NCBI GenBank assembly: GCA_964016885.1 | Contig: OZ024750.1 | Coordinates: 26,412,001 to 26,476,000 of the forward strand | Direction: 5' to 3' | Source of the DNA: Eledone cirrhosa | Lineage: Eukaryota | DNA: 64,000 bases | Shown: positions 50,961 to 64,000 of the stretch, in pieces | Layout of the letters: each line of letters starts with the position of its first letter | Position numbering within the stretch: position 1 is the first letter of the stretch | Made by a program: the position numbers and the translations under genes | The notes under the pieces: model-generated | Database searches by the model: none | Told to the model about the DNA's origin: nothing | What the model saw: the letters and a program-made list of their open reading frames with translations, nothing else

Positions 50961-51057
50961 TGTTTCTACTTTAGGCACAAGGCCAGCAATTACCAAGTGC
51001 AATAAAGTACCAGTAATGCACTGGGTAATTGCTGGCCTTGTGCCTAAAGTAGAAACA
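50961..51057. repeat. Palindrome of SINE 3' tail within TA tracts
   Basis: Arms 50961-51001 / 51017-51057; GGCCTTGTGCCTAAAGTAGAAA matches the tail of the 60.7-kb SINE. Confidence 0.85.
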
Positions 51058-51083
51058 ATTATATATATATATATATTATATAT

Positions 51084-51116
<33 letters not shown>

Positions 51117-52040
51117 TTGTATATATATATGTATATCAATGTAGTCTGAGTTTTTCGAATATTAATAATAACATTCGATTTGTTTGCAATTATGCAAACA
51201 AGCCTGAATTTTATTGCCATGTCAGTGGAATGAACACTTCATTCCTGCTCCTGTGTTGGCCTGCGAACAGATCTGCAGACACTAATGTTTCTGGGTTTCA
51301 CCATTCATCCTTCATATCCATGTTTGCGTATTTTTAGCTGTAATTATCTCCCGGTCTTCTTCATTCTATTTCTTTTTTCCTTTCTCTTTCTCCTTCTTCA
51401 TCTTTCTCTGCCTCTTTCTCTGTTTCTTTCTTCATCTTACTTTCTTTTCTCTACCTTCACTATTTCTATACCCCCTCTTTTCTTTCTATCTGTATCTCTA
51501 TTATTACTACTATTTTGATGTGATAGTTTGAACTCGTAAATTTGCCGGTTACGGATATATTTGTATTTTCTTTCTCTCTTTCGTCTTTCCTCCTCCCCTC
51601 CTTTCCATCTATCCTCCTTCTTCTGTGTCTCTCTATATCTTTATTATTAATATTAATATTGAAGTGGTAATTTGAATTTGTAAATTTACTGTTACGCATA
51701 TTTCTTTTATTTTCTCTTGGTCTCTGGCGAAATGATAGAGATAACATGTATTTTAAATTGAGTGACACTGCCTTCTGTGTTTAGCAATTTTTAGACAACT
51801 CTATCATAGAAACAATTGTTAGACTGTAAGTAAATTTCCTTGTTTGTACTGTCGACCGTGTTATTCAATTTTTCAATTTTATTACTCAAAGATATACTTA
51901 CACAGGAATACAAGTGAAGTAATAAACTCGTCATCCACGTAAACCTCTTGTTGAGTCCTTCAACGCCGTACGCTTTAACTATTCATGATAAGAAGTTTTC
52001 ACAACCTCTAATCGGATTACCTTTAACGATAACTTGTTAT

Positions 52041-52129
<89 letters not shown>

Positions 52130-52680
52130 GTATATATTATATATATAGAATAACAGTTTTTCGAATATTAATATCATTAGATTCGCTTGCAATTATGCAA
52201 ACAAGCCTCAACTTTATAGCCATGACAGTAGAATAACACTTCATTCTTGCTCCTGTGTTGGCAGACACTAATCACCCTTCATCAGTACAGCCCACTGTTC
52301 TCCTGCAAAACCGTCAGACCAGGGAAAAGATATGCTATATTCAAAAATACACAGTGACTCATCGGCCTGATTTGCATATTAGCAGACTGGCTGATCAGTC
52401 AGATCTGCATTTTAGCCAGATTTGCATATCAGCAGACTGGCCAGTCAGTTTCCTGTATACGAGAGATAAATGGCCAACTTTGCCAAATTTAAATAAAAGA
52501 GACAATTTATATATACAAATATATACACAATAAAGCCTGCAGCTCCATACTCCTTCGCTGTCTCCTCTCCCTATCTCTATGTGCGTCTTTCATTCTACTC
52601 TCTTACCACCACTATCTCTTTCTCTCTATCTTTCACTCTCTCTTGTGTGTGGGGTGTGGGTGGGTGCAGGTGTGTGCGAG

Positions 52681-52764
<84 letters not shown>

Positions 52765-52823
52765 CGTGCGCGCGTGTGTGTGTATATATGATGTTTAATA
52801 TAGAAATCTTATATATATTTCAG

Positions 52824-52958
52824 AATGCCGAATAGGAAAGTTTGGTTTTAATTGTACAGGGACATGCCTTTGTATCAACAACAAAAACTGTAATCATCGA
52901 AATGGAAGATGTTCAGATGGATGTTCTGCAGGTCATACTGGTGACAATTGCCAAGGAG
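52824..52958 (+). CDS. EGF-like exon, phase 1-1
   Basis: 135 bp, CRIGKFGFNCTGTCLCINNKNCNHRNGRCSDGCSAGHTGDNCQG, canonical splice sites. Confidence 0.9.
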
Positions 52959-52985
52959 GTATATCATAAACTTGTTACGTATATA

Positions 52986-53066
<81 letters not shown>

Positions 53067-53069
<3 letters not shown>

Positions 53070-53690
53070 CAATCTAGATTCTCACTTGTAAATTTTTGAA
53101 TTTTTAATTTTTGATTCCTGGTTTTTGATTTTTAATTTTTAGTTTTAATTTCCAACTCTCCTTCATAATTTCCACCGTGAAACCATAATACCTAGAATTA
53201 AGCATATTTTCTCTTAGAGGTTGATGGTCAATTCTACTGTCCATCCTTAATGTAGGGTAGTATTGAGACCTATTGATACTCACACTCTCCCAACCTCACT
53301 AGCTTTCGGCTGACTGCCACTGACGGGGTGGATAGCAGTAAGCTATATATTACAGGCCTGAATAGGTCATTGTTTGGTTGAGAGGGGGAACTGCCTAGGC
53401 GAATTTCGTTGAACTCTGAGGTAGCTGATGGTCAACTTCCTTCGGACCTGCGCCTGCGCAGCCGGTGGGGGTGCATTGGTACTCACAAGGGACGGACGAA
53501 GAACACAAGAGCACACACTTCGTCCGTTCCCATGTCGATTCAATTTGGATTGCCTCGGAAACATAACCTTATTATGTAACAAGGTGTGTGACGATGTCGC
53601 GGCACTGGCGAACGGAATAGTCTGTCCACTGTCGCCATTGAAATATGTATCACAGCATTATTATTAAAGGACTTTAACATCTGAAACTAC
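53067..53690 (+). mobile_element. HHR-bearing repeat copy; HHR 53583-53656 has C3 mutated (GTGACGA)
   Basis: Homologous to 47550-48172. Confidence 0.8.
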
Positions 53691-53754
53691 TTATTCGATA
53701 TTTACTCCGTCACTCCTATGTGCTTCAATTGAATTGTATCAATGTTTACCTTAA

Positions 53755-53819
<65 letters not shown>

Positions 53820-53833
53820 TTTTAATATAGGTG

Positions 53834-53884
53834 AGATTCTACAGGACTAGAACTGTTCCATTCTTTAGAAATCATCAGCAATCT
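53834..53884 (-). ncRNA. Degenerate hammerhead motif (related motifs at 55160-55250)
   Basis: CTGATGA-TTTC..GAAT-GGAAC-AGTTCTA-GTC; 55.2-kb copy has CTGATGA..GAAAC..GTC and an inverted partner CTGAAGA..GAAA. Confidence 0.55.
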
Positions 53885-53962
53885 GGGTATCAAAATATAA
53901 TTATACTCTGCTATGTATTGAGTAGCTTACTTACTGTGGTTACCTCCGATTCAACCCGGAAT

Positions 53963-53997
<35 letters not shown>

Positions 53998-54493
53998 GTA
54001 ATCTGAGTTTTTTCGAATATTAATAACATTCGATTCGCTTGCAATTATGCAAACAAGCCTCAATTTTATAGCCATGTCAGTAGAATGAACACTTCCTTCT
54101 TGCTCCTGTGTTGGCATGGGAACAGAACTGCAGACACTGATGTTTCTGGGTATCACACTTCATCAGTACAGCCCAATGTTCTTCTGCAAAACCATCAGAG
54201 CCAGTGAAAAGATATGCTATTTTCAAAAATACACAGTGACTCATCGGCCTGATTTGCATATTAGCAGACTGGCTGATATATACCAATATATACACAACAA
54301 AGTCTGCAGCTCCATACTCTTTCGCTGTCTCCTCTCCCTCTCTCTATGTCCCTCTTTCAATCTACTCTCTTACAACTACTATCTCTTTCTCTTTATCTTT
54401 CACTCTCTCTTGTGTGTGTGGGTGCAGGTGTGTATGTGTGTGTGTATGTGTGTAAATATGATGTTTAATATAGAAATCTCATATATATTTCAG

Positions 54494-54628
54494 AATGCCG
54501 AAGAGGAAAGTTTGGTGTTAATTGTAATGGGACATGCCATTGTATCAACAACACAAACTGCGTGAAGCGAAATGGAACATGTTCAGATGGATGTATTTTA
54601 GGTTATACTGGTGACAATTGCCAAGAAG
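54494..54628 (+). CDS. EGF-like exon, phase 1-1
   Basis: 135 bp, CRRGKFGVNCNGTCHCINNTNCVKRNGTCSDGCILGYTGDNCQE, canonical splice sites. Confidence 0.9.
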
Positions 54629-54803
54629 GTATATCATAAACTTGTTACATAATTACGATAATTACTATATACACACACATATATATATGTGTATGTGTGT
54701 GTTTGTGTGTCTGGATGTGTTGCGGATGCGGGTGTGTATGTGCATGTGTTTGTGTGTGTGTGTAAGTAGGATGTTTAATATAGAAATCTCATATATATTT
54801 CAG

Positions 54804-54938
54804 AGTGCCGAATAGCAAAGTTTGGTATTAATTGTAATAGGACATGCCATTGTATCAACAACAAATACTGTGATAAGCGAAATGGAACATGTTCAGATGA
54901 ATGTTCTGCAGATAATATTGGTGACAATTGCCCAGAAG
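54804..54938 (+). pseudogene. EGF-like exon copy with destroyed splice donor
   Basis: Open frame with 8 Cys, but GAAG|CGATTC replaces GAAG|GTATAT and several conserved Gly are lost. Confidence 0.8.
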
Positions 54939-54992
54939 CGATTCCATAAACTTGTTACGTATTTACTATACACACACACACACACAATCACG

Positions 54993-55041
<49 letters not shown>

Positions 55042-55254
55042 TCACTCATACACACGCATACACTCACATACACACAAACTCAGACATATATATATATATA
55101 TATGTTTGCGCGTGTGTGTGTGCATGTGTTTGTGTGTTTGATGTTTAATATAGAAATCGCTTCTATTGGACTAGAATAGTTTCATCCAAAGAAATCATCA
55201 GGAAACGGCTTTCCTGAAGATTACATTTGAATGAAATAGTTCTAATAGTTCTAA

Positions 55255-55302
<48 letters not shown>

Positions 55303-55505
55303 GAGATGTTTTTTTTACAAAATGAAAAATAACCGAGGTGTCCTACACGAGTGAAAGTATAAAGAAAAAAAGATGAAATCGAAAATGCAACTGAGTCTTA
55401 TTTAAAAAAAATATATATATATTTATTTGGTTCCTTTACCGGTTTCGCAGTTCTTCTGCTTTTCAAAAGTAGAGTTGAGATAGAGGGTCTGTGGTTTTTC
55501 TCACA

Positions 55506-55618
<113 letters not shown>

Positions 55619-55826
55619 ATATATATATATTTATTTAGGTTTGTTGGTTCACCACTGGATAGAACTGTTCATTCCGTATGGTCAACCTCGATATAATATT
55701 ATGGAGAGCACTTGACGTAATGTAACTCAACTGTCTTCGTTTGTGTAGTTGGTGGTGCGAGTACGGAGCTAATTATTATAGAATAACTGGAGGCTGGACT
55801 TTCTGTAATTCCTTGAAAGGTTTATT

Positions 55827-55884
55827 ATACTATGATCATTTCAATGACCGGGTTCAGTATGAATCCGGTGACATCATCAGGTAT
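55827..55884 (-). ncRNA. Type-I hammerhead motif, intact core
   Basis: ATAC-CTGATGA-TG..ACCGG..CCGGT.CA..-GAAA-TGATCA-TA-GTAT; palindromic stem III. Confidence 0.75.
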
Positions 55885-56999
55885 TCAGAATATAACAAAG
55901 GAATATAATAGACAAAATCCATGGGGCTGAAAATCAGAGACATGAGGACGACCGAATATTCAGCAGCTTCTACCTCGGTCGATCGACCCCAATTGTTTCT
56001 ATACAGATGAGAGACGTGTATTTACGCTTAAACAATGAATCAATCTGTTACAATTAATAATTATTCGCATAGTATTAATATTGAAATGCATTTATTCGGA
56101 AGTGTGACAATAAATTATTTCTTCACAAGTAGCAAGATTATAAGCAAGCCGTGGAAGAATCAAGAGAACAAATGGAAATAGATAAATGGGAAATATAGTG
56201 TAACATTATTTTAAGGCTTGAGACTTATAGCCATAAAACTTATAGCCATATATTTGTATAGCAGCTGTATCATGTTTTAAAAGACGGATTGAGAGAAGAA
56301 TTTGTCATGCGATAATCAAAGACCGCACTCTAGAATTTGAAATCATTAAACTAAGCATGAAGACTTCTGCAAATGTAGGCTCATTATTGTTTAATCTTGT
56401 TACTCAGAGATAAACGAAAATCTGAAGTTGAAATCATTTTCACAATGGTAGGAACAGCAGTTGTTATTATATCAGTATTGGATTAATGAATTCAAATATA
56501 GCGATGTTATTACGCCAATGGTGATGTTTTTACCCTTAAGTGATCTGTTAAATGTATGTCCGGTGTTACTACGTTAGCATAGCAAATTGCATTAATAATG
56601 ATTTAGAATAGTGATACTTTTACTATTATGAGTGTGAATTGCAGCTTTGAAAGATGTAGTGAACAATTAAGTGGATATATTAGATTTAAACATGCTTAAG
56701 TTCAATTATATCATATATAAACGCAAGCCTCTCCGAGATATTACCATACCAAACACGTTAGAGATTTAATATCTTAGACGGTTAACATAAGACCATACGT
56801 TAGGAAGAACGTCTGTAGACGCATAGCTTAAAAATACGCACGGGTGGGTATATTCATATATAAACATACGTACGCACGTATTTGTACTTCCTCCAATGCA
56901 TATACTCGTAAATATATGCAGATACATAGGATAGGTTTACATGCGCACATGGTTATACGAGGTACCTAATTTAGTTAGTACCAGTTATAAGACACAAAC

Positions 57000-58150
57000 C
57001 CGTATTCACACGCTGTAGTGCATTTTGATAAAATTCTTTATATTTCCGGAAATATTCGTGTCCGACCATATCTTAAAGAAGGGGAAATTGTGAATTTTCC
57101 CTTCCCGCATGATGCGAAGTTTTCACTGCATGTGGTGTTTCTGACAGAGGGATCTCTCATATATTTTTTATGGATCCGAATCCTATCATGTAGACCCGTT
57201 CTCAAATGTAGTATTCTTCACGTTGTGGGCAGGTCACACAATAAATTAAGGTTTATGTTTTGCAATTCACGCTTGCCTTAAATTTGAAAATGTCATTGTT
57301 TCAAGAGGAGATTTGCCCTCTCTCTTCAATGAATGAACAAGTTCCGTATCAAGGGTTCCCGCATTTCTTAACTTGCATTGATTCATTGTCAGACGTAAAT
57401 TTCGCCTTAATAAACAGTATTTTTAAAGTTAGGTGCTTGGCGTCTACTATATATTATTTGTGAGTCTTTTATGGGTGCTTTCATTTTGGAGGACTGCTTG
57501 AGAATCGGGAGATATTGTTTAGCGTCTTTCACGATGTTGAAGTTCCATGGATTGTAAGTGGCGATAAACGGGATAACTGTTTTTTCCCTTTTATTTTGTT
57601 GGTTTGTTTTTCTCAAGTTTTGTCACTAGGCTATTCTGGGCCTTGGAGATGGCCGTATTGATGAAGATCACCGGAGAGTCTATTAAGGAGCTCTTTTAGT
57701 TCATATAATCCTTTTTCCTATAGTGTGGTTTGTGTTACTATGGTGCAAATGCGTTTTATCATATTAAAGGGAATGTTCCTTTTGGTATGTGAGTTGTGTG
57801 CTGACCGGAAATTCAAGTACTGGTGTGTGTCGGTTCGTTTGTAAAATAGGTGTTTTTATATTTTCCCGTTATTTAATGATAGTGATATCCCAAAACGGTC
57901 GTCCCTTTTTGTTTCAATCCATGGTAAATAGTTTTGCTTCGTGAAGCCTGTTTATGATGGAATGGAATCTTTGTAGGTCTCCTTGGCTTCTATTAAAGAA
58001 GATGAAGCAGTCGTCTAGGTAACATTTCCAGTTGTTATTAATGTAGGTGGCAAAGTCGTGACTGAAAGCTTCTTGCAGCTGGGAATATAATTTTATCTCT
58101 AGGTGACCCAAGACGAGTGTTGCATATGTTGGGGTTATTTGGTGCCCATG
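57000..58150 (-). mobile_element. Degenerate Penelope-like RT plus GIY-YIG (distinct family)
   Basis: MGTK..P.YATLVLG, WKCYLDDCFI, TDTHQYLNF.S.H..HTKRNIPF, IPFIATYNP, RQAPN motifs. Confidence 0.85.
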
Positions 58151-58231
58151 GCTCGTTCTTTTGTGTATGTATGTGTATATATATTCCTGCGATTTTCTTT
58201 TTTTTTTTCTTTTTTGTTTTCTGTTATTCCG

Positions 58232-58327
<96 letters not shown>

Positions 58328-58355
58328 TGGGCTTTACATATACAAACGTTTATAT

Positions 58356-58415
<60 letters not shown>

Positions 58416-58420
<5 letters not shown>

Positions 58421-58778
58421 GTTTGTATATGTAAGCCAAAACAATGCAGGTATGGACATAGAATATAAATGCAAATGCAAAAGATATTGTTGACAATTAG
58501 TCTTTTACCTTAAATTTATTTAAATGTTCTTAATTTTCGAGATAATATCTCTTCTTCGGAGGGAAGTAAAGCGGTTAAAATAGTGTTCTATGGCAAGCTA
58601 TTTAGACCACTGGTTTAACCGCTTTACTTCCCTCCGAAGAAGAGATAATATCTCGAAAATTAAGGACATTTAAATAAATTTAAGGTAAAAGTCTAATTGT
58701 CAATAATATATTTTGCATTTGCATTAATATTCTATGTCCATACCTGAATTGTTTTAGCTTTACAAATACAAACGTATA
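58416..58778. mobile_element. Fold-back element (arms 58416-58578 / 58614-58778) with variant HHR in each arm
   Basis: CCT-CCGAAGA-A-GAGAT/ATCTC-GAAAATTA-AGG at 58630-58666 (+) and 58527-58563 (-); extra 30-bp end copy at 58322-58352 across (TA)n. Confidence 0.8.
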
Positions 58779-58818
58779 TACCTCATTACACAATGCTTCA
58801 AGTGAACTATAACTTCCT

Positions 58819-58854
<36 letters not shown>

Positions 58855-59483
58855 TTACCTTTGAACAGAAATATACGGAATACATCCCGGTTATGTCGTG
58901 ACCATTATGTTGATCCCAATTCTGTTTTTTTTATGTGTGATTTCACTGATCATTCACAGGTATGTGATTTCTTGTATCAATACAATTGTTAGAAGAAATT
59001 GGTGAATTTCAATCTGTCTGATGTTTAGATATAGAATCAATAAAATTGTATTTTTCTTTTATATTTGTATATTATCTAATTGACCTCCGTATGTTTCAGC
59101 GATGATTTTTCGATATGAAAACTTATTTTTCCAGTTAGGTTGTTTGGTGAATATTAATGACCACGTATAATATTAAATGTACTAATTGCAGTCGTTTGAT
59201 TAATTATTGCCTCATGATTTGACCAGGACATTTAAACAATTTCTTTTTCACACAAACATAGTAATTGTGTTTGATAGGCTAAAAGAAGCTTTGCCTTGAT
59301 GTTATTTCAATAGAGATACATCAGGCATAAAGTTGGAAACTGTAAAGTATTACATCTAGTTCTCAATATTGTGAATTTCCTATATATTTCATATTAGTAT
59401 TTTATTGTTTTGACTAGAAATATTTCCGGGTCAAAGGCCACTGTTCTGTTCAACAACGTAAAATAACAACGCCATACAGACAC

Positions 59484-59541
<58 letters not shown>

Positions 59542-59564
59542 TATATATGTATATAAAATAAAAT

Positions 59565-60515
59565 AGGGAAATCATCGCTCACTGCCGGGAAACCCTCCTC
59601 TTCAACAACGGTTTACCGTGGGCAAAGAAGTCAACAACTTCAAACCTATTCGACGTCTCCATGGGATCGTTTGACAGTGCTGTCTATGCGACTTGGTTGG
59701 CCTATTGATTTTAGACATATTACGTGTTAGATTCCCGGACTTCCACACGGGAATATACCGCGACGATGGACTGACCTTATCGAACCATAAAAGTGGTCAC
59801 GACCTCGACAGGTTTAAAAAAGACTTAGCTTCTAGCTTCAATGAGCTAGGACTTAGGATAACAGTAGCTACCAACCTCTCTAGCGTAGATTTCTTAGACA
59901 TTAATTTAGACCTTCGCCCACACACCTACAAACCCTTCCATAAGCTAAACGAAAAACTCAATTACATTCGCAAGGACTTATGCCTCCCTCCCACTGTTTT
60001 TAGAAACTTCGTACATAATATCAGTACTAGAATCTCCAACCTCTCCTCTAATAAGGCTATCCTTGATAGGGCGGCACCCTATTATAACACGGCGTTATCT
60101 AACAGCGGCTTCTCGCAACCTATCACTTACTCTCCCACTAACAACAACAGCAATAAGAAAAGAAAGCGTAACAATAGACAAATTATCTGGTTCTGTTCTC
60201 CCTTCTCACTCAACGTTAAAACCAATGTAGGCAAAAAATTCTAGCCCTCTTAGATAGACACTTTCCTATAGGTCATAAATATAGCTCCATCTTTAACCGA
60301 CACAAAGTAAAACTAGGATACTCCTGCACTAAGAACATGAAGGCCCACATCACCAACAGCACTAAGCGCAACACCCCACCAGGGTTCTCTTGCCGTAAGC
60401 CCGAAGCTTGTCCCCTTCAAAAGCAATGCAAATCCCGCCGTAGTTTATGAAGCTGTGGTCACTTCCAACCGACAAAATCAACCACAGGAGGTCAAATCCT
60501 ATGTGGGTATGGCGG
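59565..60515 (+). mobile_element. Penelope-like RT/thumb/GIY-YIG fragment
   Basis: FDVSMGSFD, GIYRDDGL, VDFLDI.LDL, ISTRIS.LSS, Y..AL..SG, IIWF.SPFS.NVKT.VGK, VYEA.V..YVG. Confidence 0.9.
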
Positions 60516-60685
60516 GAGAGAGAAAGTGGGTAGGACAGAGAGAGTAAGAAATGTGTGTGTGTGTTTGGTACACGTCTATCTATCTATCTCTCCAACAGGG
60601 GGCTGAAACACATGGCCCTACAAACTACTTTTCTATGGCCCGTGGTAGAACCAATATTTCAGATTACATTATAACTGGTGAAAAT

Positions 60686-60902
60686 AAGGCGGTGAGCTGG
60701 TGGAATCGTTAGCACATCTGGCGAAATACTTAGCGGTACTTCTTCCGTGTTTACGTTGTTAGTTCAAATTCCGCCGATCTCAACTTTGCTTTTCATCCTT
60801 TTGGGGTTGATAATCTAAGTACCAGTTGTGAACCGGGATCGATGTAAGCGACTGGACCCTAAACCCCAAATTTCCTGCCTTGTGCCTATAGTAGAAATAA
60901 TT
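60686..60902 (+). mobile_element. tRNA-derived SINE with Meta-like central domain (octopus-type)
   Basis: GGCGGTGAGCTGG head, GTTCAAATTCC B-box, GC.TTTCATCCTTT.GGGGT.GATAA..AAGTACCAG core, CCTTGTGCC tail; family assignment from recall, not a search. Confidence 0.8.
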
Positions 60903-61044
60903 GTAACTGGTGAAAATCATCACCCACCACAACGTTTGGCCCACTGTGCCTCTCCTCCAGGACGTAATGGCCGTTTTATGACCTTGAGTTTGAGAGTCCT
61001 CTTCTACACACACACACTCATATATATGTATCCACTTTACTTTT

Positions 61045-61295
61045 TTACTGTCTCTGGACTACGCCCGTGCTGGAGCATCACATTGGTAAGTTATGGGGAC
61101 ATCAACAAACCAACAAGCATTGGTGACAGGGCAAACATAAACGCAAAGACACACACAGGCATATATATATATATATATATACGACGAGCTTTTGTTAGTT
61201 TCGCTCTATCAAATCTCCCCACAGTGTTTGGTCGGCCCGGGCAGTGTGACTGAACCCAGAAACATGTGTTTGAGAAGCAAGCTTCTTCTCACACT

Positions 61296-61300
<5 letters not shown>
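61045..61300 (-). mobile_element. Degenerate, internally deleted tRNA-derived SINE
   Basis: Minus strand AAGAAGCTTGCTTC..ACATG..TGGGTTCAGTCACACTGC (B-box-like). Confidence 0.6.
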
Positions 61301-61393
<93 letters not shown>

Positions 61394-61673
61394 CATATAT
61401 ATATATGTGGTATTAAATTATCAATGAAAATAAAAACAACAAAGTCAAGTTACTTTATAACTTCGTTGTTTTTAATTTGTTATTTTTATTTTCATTGTTA
61501 ATTTAATAAATATTATCTGACTCTGTATCTAAAGAATTAACTCAGCGAAACAGAGAACTTCACTATGGATTTTACTTAATAAGATTGAGTTTTATGTACG
61601 GTAGGGACCCTACTACCAGAGGTAGACCACACTGAAAAGGAAAAAAAAAATTATATATATGTGTATATTATAA

Positions 61674-61886
<213 letters not shown>

Positions 61887-62469
61887 TACATACATATGTG
61901 TATACATTTACGTATGTGTATAACTATACATTTATATATTTGTATGTATGCATGCATCTATGTTTAAGTGTGTGTATATGTGATTTCATTTATATTGTTT
62001 TGGGTAAGGAGGTCAATTTGTATCCAGATTTTATTACCTAGAGAGATTAACTACAACAGATGTTCCTCCTCATCAAACACCAACGCTGGCCTGTATCTAG
62101 TATACATGTGTATGTATGTATGTATGTATGTATGTATGTATGTATGTATGTATGTATGTATGTATGTATGTATGAAAATATCATCTTGGTTAAGAGAGTG
62201 GGACTGGCTTTGTGCAGTGCCTTTGCTCACTATAAAAGCTTCACGCCACAGGCATTGCTTTATATCTGGAGATCTTTCTGCACTTGTCGTCACATGGTAC
62301 CATGGGCCCAGCACTATGTGTCAATAATTGTCACAAGTGTAGTGTTTGTACCAGAGTTTTGAAGTAGCTGGCTGGACCAAAAAGTCACACTCGTTCAGCG
62401 CATCGTAGGGGTTCTCCTACTTGGATATAAAGTAGTGGCCGTACTCGAAAACGAGTTGGCAGCCACCAT

Positions 62470-62898
62470 GTATGTATGCGTGTGTATGTTCGTATGTATA
62501 TAAGTATTTACCCACACCTTTCATCACTAATGCTTCTTTTTCTTGCCATTTCTGTTGGTGTTGTTCTTGTAAGTGTTGTCATAGTTGTGTAGCCCTTATT
62601 TTCATTTTCTTTGATTTCTTTCGTTTTTTTTTCTTTTATCTCTCTAAGGAATTCGTTGACAATCTTCTTTTATTTATTTTCTTCGTTTTCTTCATTAAAA
62701 TGCATCCACACTGGCTGTCTCAGAGACGTACAAATATGGCTTAAAATTTAGCAAAGTAAAGAGCCTTCCAGCGCCCCCAATGCTTCAAACGCCCCTCTAA
62801 CGACCCTTGCTCCCTAACGACCCCTTCCTCCCAAACGCCCCTCCCGGAGCTCCGAAACGCCCCCGGGAGTTCATATGCCTCCCGTTGAGAACCTTTTG
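62470..62898 (-). mobile_element. hAT/Charlie-like DNA transposon end
   Basis: Reverse-complement homolog of 2898-3325; ends GTTGAGAACCTTTTG followed by GTTTAGAC. Confidence 0.7.
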
Positions 62899-63728
62899 GT
62901 TTAGACAGATAGCATATTGTATTGTAAAATAAAAATCATCGATTTGGCTGAAGACCAAACAATTCCAATGGGGATGTAATTGTTTAAAACTAACGCAGGA
63001 TAAGCAGATAATTTGAGCACAATTCAAGGACACATATTTTAGGGCGAGCTAGATGTAAATATATCAAGGTCACTACTCATAGAAAGTTTGTCAGGTACGA
63101 AAGAATGTAAGTCAAGTTTCTACTGAATGAGATATAAACTGTGTATGTGAAAGGATATATGTCATTACAACATATCATTAAGAAAAGCTCGCTACCGCCT
63201 CTGCTAACCAAAACCTTTCGGAAATTAAATAATATCCTAATTATGAAGAAACCAAATGTAATATTCTATTATAGCTTTTCACTACTACATTAGTCCATCT
63301 CAAACCCATCTGGAGATAATTTCCTGTTTAATAACTGTATAATTTACTGGAGTTGTGGTTTACTAATTGTATTCCTTTTCTGTTGTTGTTTAGGCTCAGG
63401 TCAGTCATAACTAAGGACACCTATCATCAAAAACATTTCAGTCATCACCATACTAACATTTAGGTGCCTTACGAATAACATTATGTGTTTTTGACTGCTT
63501 TCTTTAGCAGTTCGAGCGGCTATAAAGAAGGTGTCCGATCCCCACTTTTAATAAATATGTTAACCATTCAAATAACTTTCTAACAAATAAATACGCAGAA
63601 CGAATTAGATATACCCAGATCTCAGACATTTGTATCCGTCAGGTTTTGACTCATACAAGACACTCAACTACATTTACCTCATGCATTATCCTTATTCAAT
63701 AGATCATGTTATAGACATATATATATAC

Positions 63729-63798
<70 letters not shown>

Positions 63799-64000
63799 CC
63801 AAACCCAGTTAAAATACAATTTAAGATATGGGATAACACTCAATCTGATGAATCTCAGCCAAGTAACATCAAATATATTATCCAGAAATCTAATTATATA
63901 AGAAGATTAACAATTTTTTAAACAGTTACCAATTTGCATAAGCACTGATATATGTACGTAAGGCATATTGCCTATAAGAAATATGACTTACATGGCCACG

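Larger units (their letters stand above)
46660..55158 (+). repeat. Locally duplicated EGF-exon cassette region
   Basis: Homologous units 46660-48172, 51958-53690, 53995-54650, 54770-55010; partial copies at 48735-48870, 51138-51308, 55141-55158. Confidence 0.9.

Noticed and set aside
57000-58150. Selenocysteine-type (UGA readthrough) PLE
   Set aside because: Copy too degenerate, with mixed stops and frameshifts; no SECIS could be supported by eye
63841-63900. CTGATGA...GAAA hammerhead candidate
   Set aside because: No convincing stem I, II or III pairing

Overview
AT-rich, repeat-dominated animal genomic DNA, most likely an octopod cephalopod (inferred from SINE families and dense (TA)n/(CA)n tracts). 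No prokaryotic features. One host gene is readable on the + strand: a signal-peptide exon (18064-18127) and five phase-1/1 135-bp EGF-like exons (24923, 47324, 52824, 54494, 54804; the last has lost its GT donor). The rest is mobile or repetitive DNA: an 8.4-kb G/T-tract satellite with recurrent inversions, three R4/Dong-like LINEs, a CRE-like LINE, microsatellite-embedded Tx1/L1-like 3' ends, RTE fragments, hAT ends, SINEs, and a near-full-length Penelope-like element (PLE) with many PLE remnants. The most striking signal lies outside the ORF track. More than 20 type-I hammerhead-ribozyme (HHR) motifs from about ten sequence families occur here, mostly in fold-back insertions whose ends run into (TA)n tracts. 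Two such HHR elements bracket the duplicated EGF exon cassette. All RNA structures were parsed by eye, activity is untested, and element boundaries are approximate.
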